DNA of 64,000 nucleotides. Origin: Candidatus Levyibacteriota bacterium. Its GTDB lineage: Bacteria > Patescibacteriota > Microgenomatia > Levybacterales > UBA12049. Position numbers and translations under genes: made by a program. Shown here in pieces: positions 56,446-64,000 of this stretch. The notes under the pieces were generated by a model. It made no database searches. It had not been told where the DNA came from and saw only the letters and a list, made by a program, of their open reading frames with translations. Each line of letters starts with the position of its first letter. Position 1 is the stretch's first letter. The stretch covers positions 203,485 to 267,484 of the forward strand of contig JACROF010000012.1 in NCBI GenBank assembly GCA_016214555.1. The letters run 5' to 3'.

Positions 56446-58446
56446 ATGGCCCATTTTTCTTTCTTAAGTTTTTATTTCCCTCTGTATTTAACCTTGTTTT
56501 TTGTTGCAGCATATGTTTCATTTTATTTACCAGGAGCCTTAGTTTTATCAAATAAAAAATATAGTACTGGATTAAAGATTCTTTTGCCGCTAGTTATTGG
56601 TATCGTCCTTTGGGGGTTCCAAGGGTATATTTTTGGCTATCTCCATTTACGTTTTCTCACATATTTATATTTGTTTTTTGTTCTCATTTTTTCTTTAAAA
56701 AAGAAAATAATCACCACTGAAATTATTAAGGAGAGTTTTACTTGGATTAAAAGAAACATTTTTCCAGTAGTTGCAATTATTATTTTGGTCATACTTCAGC
56801 TAACTCCAATTTTTACATCTGGTATGCTTTATTTTGATGGTGTAAGGTTTATAGGGGTAAACTCAACTGATGGGGTTATGCACTTAGCATTTATCCAAAG
56901 TATAGCTCATTATTTTCCTCCAATAGAACCCGGTTCATACGCAAATCCACTGACAAATTATCATTACTGGTCTGATCTTATTATGGCAGAGATTGTGCGT
57001 ATTTGGAAAATACCTGTTGCAAATGTATTTTTTCAATTTTTTCCGATGGTGTTATCTGTACTAACAGCTATTTCTGCATATCAATTGGTTCGACAACTTG
57101 GATTTTCATCAAAAGCAGGGTATTGTGCAATTTTTTTACTATTTTTTGGTGGTGATGCAACATACGTTTTGATGATGTTTTTTAGACATGAATTAACATT
57201 TTCCACCCCGGTTATTGATAATGGCATGACGCAATTTCTTAATATGCCAAACGCATTTGCACGACCAATTTTTATTACTGGAATTTTAACTTTTTATCTA
57301 TGGTTGAAAGAAGCAAAGATATTTTGGGGAATTATTACTGTGTTAATTTTCGCAAGTCTTTTTGGTATAAAGATATACTATGGTATTTTCGTTCTAATAG
57401 GTTTTAGCTTTGTTTTGTTATACAAATGTATTGAAGGTCTAATTAATAAGCAGTGGAATATTATCAAAGTTGCGAAAGACATCCTTCGTAGTTATTTACC
57501 TTTTTATTTAGTTTTTATTTTTGTATCTTTTGCAATTTATTTTCCACCAAATAAAATGTCGGGAGGTCTTGGGTGGTACCCATTAGAGTGGCCTAAAATT
57601 TTTCTTGGCTCAGAAGTGCTCAATTGGGGAGATTGGTGGCTTCGTCACCAGGTTTATGAACAGGCCAACAATATAAAAGGCATCCTTTTTTTAGATACTG
57701 TAGCCATAGTAATAGCATTGATATCAATTCATGGGACACGACTTCTAGGTTTTTTTTCTCTATTAGAAGTGCGTAAAATAAGTCCAGCCATGCTCTTTTT
57801 CTTAGGTCCTGCAATAATTATTTTTCATGTTTTTGGGTTATTTACTCTCCAATCTTCAGGTGGATTAAATGTATTTAATTTTTTTGTAGTAACTACAGTA
57901 ATACTAAGTATCATGCTTGCAATGGGAATCGACCTATTTTTTGTTAATAGGAAAAAAATACAAATCGCTTTTGTAATTATAATCACCTTGTTAACAGTGC
58001 CAAGAGCGCTGACAGAGATAGTTGGATATTCAGACTCATCATACAATCCAAAAAAATATCATCTGATTTCAAATGATGAAGTTGAAGCATTTGAGTATAT
58101 TAGAAAAAATACAAAACAAGATTCAATTATTCAATCTCATCCTGTAAATCCAGTTGATGCTGAGACGCCATATGTTTCGTATTTTTCAGATAGATTTTCC
58201 TATTTATCAGGAGTTAGATTGCAAATAACTCATAACCAACCTGTTGGAAAAAGAAGTAAAGAGATGCATACCCTTTTTTCATCTACTGATTCTCCAACCT
58301 TTTTCGCAAAAGCAAAAGAATATAACTTAGATCTAATATATATACAAAAAAATGTAGAACAGAAATTAAAATTCTTTCCTGATAAAAATTTAATAAAACC
58401 AATTTTTGAGAATAATTCTGTCATTGTATATAAAATTTCTGAATAA
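56446..58446 (+). CDS. Polytopic membrane protein (666 aa), unclassified (GT-C/polymerase-like)
   Basis: ~14 TM with a large extracytoplasmic C-terminal domain. No confident family. Confidence 0.35.
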   Translation: MAHFSFLSFYFPLYLTLFFVAAYVSFYLPGALVLSNKKYSTGLKILLPLVIGIVLWGFQGYIFGYLHLRFLTYLYLFFVLIFSLKKKIITTEIIKESFTWIKRNIFPVVAIIILVILQLTPIFTSGMLYFDGVRFIGVNSTDGVMHLAFIQSIAHYFPPIEPGSYANPLTNYHYWSDLIMAEIVRIWKIPVANVFFQFFPMVLSVLTAISAYQLVRQLGFSSKAGYCAIFLLFFGGDATYVLMMFFRHELTFSTPVIDNGMTQFLNMPNAFARPIFITGILTFYLWLKEAKIFWGIITVLIFASLFGIKIYYGIFVLIGFSFVLLYKCIEGLINKQWNIIKVAKDILRSYLPFYLVFIFVSFAIYFPPNKMSGGLGWYPLEWPKIFLGSEVLNWGDWWLRHQVYEQANNIKGILFLDTVAIVIALISIHGTRLLGFFSLLEVRKISPAMLFFLGPAIIIFHVFGLFTLQSSGGLNVFNFFVVTTVILSIMLAMGIDLFFVNRKKIQIAFVIIITLLTVPRALTEIVGYSDSSYNPKKYHLISNDEVEAFEYIRKNTKQDSIIQSHPVNPVDAETPYVSYFSDRFSYLSGVRLQITHNQPVGKRSKEMHTLFSSTDSPTFFAKAKEYNLDLIYIQKNVEQKLKFFPDKNLIKPIFENNSVIVYKISE

Positions 58447-58491
58447 TACTGAGTTCTGGAAATAATGTAGTTATTTCTCTACAATGGTACT

Positions 58492-59262
58492 ATGCAATCA
58501 TTATCAGTCGTCTTGGCTACATTTAATGAAGAGGAGAATATCGGAAAGTGCTTAAATTCCATAAGAGATATAGCTCAAGAAATAGTTGTAGTTGATGGAA
58601 CGTCTTCTGATAGAACAGTAGAGATTGCAAAAAGATATGGGGCAAAGGTTTATATCACTGAAAATAAGCAAAATTTCCATATTAACAAACAAATGGCAAT
58701 TGACAATGCAACCAAAAGTTGGATACTGCAACTTGATGCCGACGAAGTTGTGTCTAAAAGTCTACAAAGTGAAATTGAACAAAAAATTCAAATTAAAAAT
58801 AACGAAATACATGGATACTGGATGCCGAGAAAAAATTGGTTTTTAGGCAAATTCTTGACAAAAGGTGGTCAGTACCCTGACTATACACTGCGACTTTATC
58901 GAAAAGGCAGCGGAAGACTTCCACAAAAAGATGTTCATGAACAAGCAGTGGTTGAAGGAGAAACAGAGTACTTAACTCATCCGCTTCTACACTATCCCTA
59001 TAAAGATTTTAAACATTATTTTCAAAAATGGATAAGATATGTCGATCTCACATCATCGCAGATCAGGGTACAAAAAGATTTTTTTACAATAAAAAAATTT
59101 ATTTCCTATCTTTTCGTATTGCCAATGTATTGGTTTTTTCTTATTTACCTAAGACATAAGGGATTTGTAGATTTATGGCCTGGATTTCTTTTTGCATTTT
59201 TTTCTGCTCTTCGTTATCCGACTTCGTATCTACGCGCACTTTTTCTCAATGAAAAAAAATAA
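58492..59262 (+). CDS. GT2 family glycosyltransferase ('DADE' type), paralog 3 of 3
   Basis: LSVVLATFNEE, IVVVDGTSSDRT, ILQLDADE motifs. Confidence 0.8.
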   Translation: MQSLSVVLATFNEEENIGKCLNSIRDIAQEIVVVDGTSSDRTVEIAKRYGAKVYITENKQNFHINKQMAIDNATKSWILQLDADEVVSKSLQSEIEQKIQIKNNEIHGYWMPRKNWFLGKFLTKGGQYPDYTLRLYRKGSGRLPQKDVHEQAVVEGETEYLTHPLLHYPYKDFKHYFQKWIRYVDLTSSQIRVQKDFFTIKKFISYLFVLPMYWFFLIYLRHKGFVDLWPGFLFAFFSALRYPTSYLRALFLNEKK

Positions 59263-60715
59263 AAAAAGATTTTTTACTTGGATCAAAGATCCACTACGTG
59301 TTGTTTTATTAGTGATTTTTATAGGTGGAGTTTTTTTTCGATTTGCAAATACTCCTGACAAGTTTGGATTTGATAAAGACCCAACAAGAGACGCTCTTAT
59401 TGCAATACATATATCTGATAATTTTGCTTTTCCTCTCGTAGGGCCACATTCAGGAATTGGATCTTTTAGTTTTGGACCGTGGTATTACTATGATTTGGGC
59501 CTATTTAGAATTTTGACTGCGAAATTAGTTCCGCCATTTTATTTTATCCCACTTTATTCAATATTTTTTATTCTTGGGATGTATTTTCTGGGTAAAGAGT
59601 TAAAAGATGAAAAGTTAGGGGTTATTCTTGCAGGTCTTGCTGCTTTTACTCCGGCCCAAACGGGTCCAATTACAGGATTAAGCAATCCAAATCTTATTCC
59701 TGTTCATGCAGTGTTAAGTGTTCTATATTTCGTTTTTTTACTTAAAAACAAGCTAACAGCAAAAAAATCATTACTCTGGGGACTGGTAATGGGGGTAGGC
59801 ATAAATCATCATTATCAAATGCTTCCTTTAATGATTCTCCCTCTCATAGGATTTTTTGTTAAAAGAGAAAAAAAAGTAATTTTTTTGTTTTTTCTTACTT
59901 TTTTTATTTCATTTATCCCTTTTATAATTTTTAATATATTAACGAACTGGTCATCATTTTTTGGGTTAATTAAATATCTTGGTGAGGGAGGTGTATATAT
60001 TCCTAATAGTTGGGTAATTTACTTACGAGATTTTTGGCCTTTATATTTGGAGAATGTAGTCGGGTTAAATTCCAAGATAAGCCTACTTTTGTATTTAATT
60101 GTGATATTATTTCACTTTGTTCTTCTGATAAAAAAAAGGTTATCTAGAGAATATTTACTTCTGCTACTTGTTGGATTTATTTTATTCGTTCACCTTCGTT
60201 ACTTTAAAGGAACAAGGGAATATTATTACATGTTTTATTTTCTTCCTTTCATTCTTTTATATCTTGGAATGTTTTTGAGGAGTTTGTTAGATTTTAAAAA
60301 AGGATTTTCTGTTTTCATTTTTATTTGTGTCATTCTCTTTGCTAACTCTATTCCGGTTAATATTTCAAAATTATCAAGTAGAATAGATCAAAAAGAATCT
60401 TATGAAAACGCTAAATTATTGAGTAACTACTCATTTGGAAAAAAAATTTCACTTTATTCATGTAAAGAGCACTCAATAAATATTGCTGAGGGCACAGTAT
60501 ATTTTTTGTATACAATGAAAAAACTTGGTGATCAAACTAGAGTTATATATACAGGTAAAATGAATGAGTGCCAAATCCCAAAAAAAAGTAAAAGTGTTAC
60601 AGAGAACTTTTATGACGTCTCAAGCTTTAATGATCGTGAAATTAAGGAATTAGGTTGGAGAAGCATATCCCCCGAAGCAATTTATCATGAAACAACAGAG
60701 TGGTGGAAGTATTAG
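59249..60715 (+). CDS. Polytopic membrane protein (~489 aa), possible GT-C-type glycosyltransferase
   Basis: Start placed at MKKNKKRFF (14-nt overlap with the upstream stop). The ORF-track start at 59192 would overlap the GT2 gene by 70 nt and encodes a non-hydrophilic leader. ~11 TM. Confidence 0.4.
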   Translation: MKKNKKRFFTWIKDPLRVVLLVIFIGGVFFRFANTPDKFGFDKDPTRDALIAIHISDNFAFPLVGPHSGIGSFSFGPWYYYDLGLFRILTAKLVPPFYFIPLYSIFFILGMYFLGKELKDEKLGVILAGLAAFTPAQTGPITGLSNPNLIPVHAVLSVLYFVFLLKNKLTAKKSLLWGLVMGVGINHHYQMLPLMILPLIGFFVKREKKVIFLFFLTFFISFIPFIIFNILTNWSSFFGLIKYLGEGGVYIPNSWVIYLRDFWPLYLENVVGLNSKISLLLYLIVILFHFVLLIKKRLSREYLLLLLVGFILFVHLRYFKGTREYYYMFYFLPFILLYLGMFLRSLLDFKKGFSVFIFICVILFANSIPVNISKLSSRIDQKESYENAKLLSNYSFGKKISLYSCKEHSINIAEGTVYFLYTMKKLGDQTRVIYTGKMNECQIPKKSKSVTENFYDVSSFNDREIKELGWRSISPEAIYHETTEWWKY

Positions 60716-60768
60716 TTGACAAGAAACATTCTGTTTGCGATCTCTTATTTTTTTGATACAATTATCAA

Positions 60769-61743
60769 ATGGCCGTATTGGTTACAGGTGGTGCAGGATA
60801 TATTGGAAATTTTATGACAAGACGTCTCCTTGATGATGGAGAAGAGGTAGTCGTAATAGATTCACTTGAACGGGGACATATCGAGTCATTGGACAAAAGA
60901 ATAACTTTTCTAAAAGGCACTTTACTTGATAGATCCTTTTTGAAAGAAGCATTTATCCAGCATTCAATATCTGCTGTCATTCACTTCGCAGGGTATATCT
61001 CAGTCGCAGAGTCTGTTAAAAAACCAAGCGCGTATATTACCAATAATGTAATAGCAACGCTTAACTTGCTTGACGAGATGATAAATGCGCAGGTGAACAA
61101 GATTGTATTCGCCTCTACAGCTGCAGTATACGGTAATCCAACAAAAATACCTATTCCTGAAGATCATCCAAAGAATCCAGAAAGCCCTTATGGAGATAGT
61201 AAATTGATGGTTGAGAAGATTTTCCATTGGTATGAGAAGGCGAATGGACTAAGGCATGTTACTCTTAGATTTTTTAATGCATCGGGAGCAGCTCTAGACG
61301 GAAGCATGGGAGAAGATCATCAACCAGAAACGCATATTATTCCCAATGCAATTCTTGCTGCAATTAATAAAACACCTTTTACTCTCTATGGAAAAGACTA
61401 TGATACGCCAGATGGGACGTGTATTAGAGATTATATCCACGTGTTGGATCTCGCTCAGGCTCATATTCTTGCATTGAAAAAGATTTCAGAATTTCCTGGT
61501 GGATATCAATATAATGTAGGAACAGGAAAAGGCTACTCAAATAAAGAGGTTGTCGAGATGGTAGAGAAGGTATCCGGTGAGAAAATGAATATAGTATTTC
61601 ATGAAAGAAGGCCTGGAGACTCAGATAAATTGATTGCCGATCCTTCAAGAATATTTAGTGAATTATCATTTAAGCCTCAATATTCTGATCTTGAGACTAT
61701 TGTTTCTTCTGCTTGGAAATGGCATACAAGAGATAGGAGATGA
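60769..61743 (+). CDS. galE: UDP-glucose 4-epimerase (NAD-dependent epimerase/dehydratase, GalE-like)
   Basis: VLVTGGAGYIGNF Rossmann motif; catalytic YGDSK (YxxxK); S/T upstream; 324 aa. Confidence 0.8.
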   Translation: MAVLVTGGAGYIGNFMTRRLLDDGEEVVVIDSLERGHIESLDKRITFLKGTLLDRSFLKEAFIQHSISAVIHFAGYISVAESVKKPSAYITNNVIATLNLLDEMINAQVNKIVFASTAAVYGNPTKIPIPEDHPKNPESPYGDSKLMVEKIFHWYEKANGLRHVTLRFFNASGAALDGSMGEDHQPETHIIPNAILAAINKTPFTLYGKDYDTPDGTCIRDYIHVLDLAQAHILALKKISEFPGGYQYNVGTGKGYSNKEVVEMVEKVSGEKMNIVFHERRPGDSDKLIADPSRIFSELSFKPQYSDLETIVSSAWKWHTRDRR

Positions 61744-61816
61744 CCTCAATCCGCAAATTAAAATATTCCCTTAAAACCTCTTCAAATTTATACTCTTATC
61801 AACGTATAATACGTAT

Positions 61817-62869
61817 ATGAGGATAGCTATCGATGTTTCACCTTTAGAATCTGGTCACAAGATAAGAGGGGTAGGTTTTTACCTTAAGAATTTAAAAGAT
61901 TCTCTTGAGACATATTTTCCAACGAATACTTACACATACTTTACTGGTAAATTGCCTGGTGGAGTATTTGACGTAATACATTATCCATATTTTGATCCAT
62001 TTTTTGTATCATTGCCTTTTTTCCATTCGTATCCAGTTGTGGTTACTGTTCATGACCTGACACCAATTATTTTTCCAAGTGAATTTCCTGCAGGAGTAAG
62101 AGGAAGCCTTAAATGGAGGATGAACAAATTTTTACTTTCAAAAGCAGACATTATTATTACAGATTCTGATTCTTCAACGAAAGATGTTTCTAAATTTGTT
62201 CGTATAGCATCTTCAAAAGTGAAGACAGTGACCTTAGCAGCAGGTAAAGAATTTCATCCTTTAAAAAAGGTATCACCACTTTTTAAGAATCTGCAAAAAA
62301 AATATGATTTGCCTGAAAAATTTGTAATGTATGTTGGAGATGTTACATGGAATAAAAACCTTCCAAGACTTTGTAAGGCAGTAATCGACTCGAATGTTCC
62401 TCTTGTTATGGTTGGAAAAGCGATAACAGACAAAGATTTTGATGAAGCAAATCCTTGGAATAAAGATAGGGTGTTAATGCATAATCTTATAAAAAATAAT
62501 TCATTATTTTTCCCAGTTGGATTTATTTCAACAGAGGATTTAAATATACTTTATAACAAGGCATCTGCACTGGTTATGCCGTCTCTCTATGAAGGTTTTG
62601 GGCTTCCTGTAGCTGAGGCAATGCAATCTGGGTGCCCTGTGATAACAAGTCGAGAAGGTTCTTTGTCTGAGGTTGGTGGTGAAGCGGTATTGTATGTTGA
62701 TGCATATTCTCAGGACAGTATTTCAGCTGGGATTAAAAAGGTGTTTAACTTAGAATCTTTGCAACACGATCTTTCTAAAAAAGGTATTGTCCAGTCCAAA
62801 AAATTTTCATGGAAAATAACAGCAGAGAAAACATTAAAAGCATACGAGTTAGCTCTGAAGGAAGCATGA
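61817..62869 (+). CDS. GT4 family (GT-B) glycosyltransferase
   Basis: C-terminal PSLYEGFGLPVAEAMQSGCPVITS.....EVGG E-x7-E signature. Confidence 0.8.
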   Translation: MRIAIDVSPLESGHKIRGVGFYLKNLKDSLETYFPTNTYTYFTGKLPGGVFDVIHYPYFDPFFVSLPFFHSYPVVVTVHDLTPIIFPSEFPAGVRGSLKWRMNKFLLSKADIIITDSDSSTKDVSKFVRIASSKVKTVTLAAGKEFHPLKKVSPLFKNLQKKYDLPEKFVMYVGDVTWNKNLPRLCKAVIDSNVPLVMVGKAITDKDFDEANPWNKDRVLMHNLIKNNSLFFPVGFISTEDLNILYNKASALVMPSLYEGFGLPVAEAMQSGCPVITSREGSLSEVGGEAVLYVDAYSQDSISAGIKKVFNLESLQHDLSKKGIVQSKKFSWKITAEKTLKAYELALKEA

Positions 62870-64000
62870 AAGATAAAGTTATTAGCCTTGCAAAACATCC
62901 TCTGATAACCGGGAGTAGTATTGTGTTTCTCGGCACTTTTGGATCAAATATTGTTAATTATATCTTTAATCTTTTAATGGGAAGAATGCTATCTGTCTCT
63001 GACTATGGCCTCCTAACATCGCTTAATTCACTTTTTATTTTAGTAGGAATTTTTAGTGTGTCATTTGTTAGCGTTATTACAAAATTTTCTGCAAAATATT
63101 TTAGTTCAAATGATAACAATGGAGCTGTAATACTCCTCAGACATGCGGGAAAATTTATCGTTATCTTTTCAAGCTTACTGTTTTTGACTTTATTATTATT
63201 GACTCCACAAATTGGATCATTTCTCCATATCTCAAACCATCTATATATTGTCCTTGTTTTAATATCGATATTTTTTTCCTTAATGTTCTCTCTACCATTG
63301 GGTTTTATTCAGGGACGATTGCAATTTTCTCTTTACTCAGCCATTGCACTTGCTCAACCTCTTATTAGATTAATAGCTGCCATACTATTTATTTCGATAG
63401 GATTTTCTGTTTTGGGTCCGATTATCGGTATTGCTCTTTCGACGGCTCTCCCTGCAATCGCTTGCTTTATTTATCTAGGAAAAAAATATCGTCAGGTTGA
63501 TAAGGAAAAATTTGATACTAAAAATTTCAAAAAAGAGTTCATTCATTATACATACACTTATTTTTTGGCTGGAATTGGGCTCTCGCTTCTATCTAACACC
63601 GATATTATTCTTGTCAGACATTTTTTTGATTCTACTATTGCAGGACAATATGCGGCATTATCATTGATGGGTAAAGCCATTTTTTATTTTACTAGTCCAA
63701 TAAGTATTGTTTTTTTTCCTATAATTGCGTATAAAAAAGAGAGAAAAGAACGACTCCTTCAAACCGTTCTCTTGGCTGTTGGATCGGTAGTGATCTCATC
63801 TGGGGTTCTTACCTTTATTTATTTTGCATTTCCTGATCTTGTTCTAAGAGTGTTTTTTCCCAAGCCAAATTATGCAATTCTCAGTGAGTATTTAGGATAT
63901 TATTCACTTTATATTCTAATTTTTTCTGTTGGCGCACTCATGAATAGCTACTTCCTGTCGATCGGAAAAACAAAAGTGTATCTTATAACACTTATTGGAG
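62866..64000 (+). CDS. Wzx-like flippase / polysaccharide biosynthesis membrane protein (3' partial, runs off window)
   Basis: ATG at 62866 overlaps the upstream stop (ATGA). Open reading frame continues to the window end with >10 TM helices. Not in the ORF track because no stop is reached. Confidence 0.6.
   Translation, partial: MKDKVISLAKHPLITGSSIVFLGTFGSNIVNYIFNLLMGRMLSVSDYGLLTSLNSLFILVGIFSVSFVSVITKFSAKYFSSNDNNGAVILLRHAGKFIVIFSSLLFLTLLLLTPQIGSFLHISNHLYIVLVLISIFFSLMFSLPLGFIQGRLQFSLYSAIALAQPLIRLIAAILFISIGFSVLGPIIGIALSTALPAIACFIYLGKKYRQVDKEKFDTKNFKKEFIHYTYTYFLAGIGLSLLSNTDIILVRHFFDSTIAGQYAALSLMGKAIFYFTSPISIVFFPIIAYKKERKERLLQTVLLAVGSVVISSGVLTFIYFAFPDLVLRVFFPKPNYAILSEYLGYYSLYILIFSVGALMNSYFLSIGKTKVYLITLIG

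Noticed and set aside
26537-58846. Numerous short antisense or alternate-frame ORFs inside the membrane-protein genes (e.g. 27595-27780, 29373-29582, 33874-34317, 36777-37055, 39108-39378, 50977-51375, 52468-52752, 57620-58046, 58625-58846)
   Set aside because: AT-rich coding DNA for hydrophobic proteins yields long stop-free antisense frames. None has an RBS or recognisable motifs, and all lie within better-supported genes.
59192-59248. Extended start of the 59192 ORF overlapping the GT2 gene by 70 nt
   Set aside because: The extension encodes MHFFLLFVIRLRIYAHFFS in the GT2 gene's alternative frame. The internal ATG at 59249 (MKKNKKRFF) gives a typical short coupling overlap instead.
1-64000. 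CRISPR arrays, rRNA genes, integrases/transposases, prophage genes
   Set aside because: I searched by eye for regularly spaced direct repeats, rRNA-like conserved stretches and recombinase motifs and found none. The only mobile-element-like signals are the tRNA-fragment/GIY-YIG loci and the REP-like palindromes reported above.

Overview
AT-rich, gene-dense bacterial window with short intergenic spacers, AGGAGG ribosome-binding sites and frequent 4-nt ATGA start/stop overlaps. The gene content and style suggest a small-genome, CPR-like (Microgenomates/Parcubacteria-type) organism; this is a guess from composition and gene content, not a database hit. The first ~25 kb is a housekeeping/accessory mix: tRNA-Gln, an acyltransferase-3 membrane protein, a CAP-domain secreted protein, RarA, phosphoglycerate mutase, enolase, TypA/BipA, Lon, an HrpA-like helicase, a CsoR-DUF305-DUF4396 copper operon, an HxlR regulator with a LutC-like partner, an LMW-PTP, and a GIY-YIG protein fused to the 5' end of tRNA-Glu. 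Several compositionally GC-rich genes are embedded here, one of them an LPXTG, Cys-rich secreted protein. From ~25.4 kb to the window end (>38 kb) there is a single, almost entirely co-directional cell-envelope glycosylation supercluster. It holds three polyprenol-phosphate-sugar-synthase-like GT2 enzymes, about six other GT2/GT4 transferases, two Wzx-like flippases, GalE and at least 14 polytopic GT-C-type membrane proteins. These fall into two expanded paralog families: a YfhO-like family defined by an N-terminal HD motif and a C-terminal YxPGW..VDG motif, and a PMT_2/ArnT-like family defined by a WDE motif. Other observations: both tRNA genes have an upstream duplicate of their first ~23 nt interrupted by a GC-rich hairpin; a REP-like 52-nt palindromic element occurs twice; and there is a consensus sigma70 promoter with a palindromic operator for the csoR operon.
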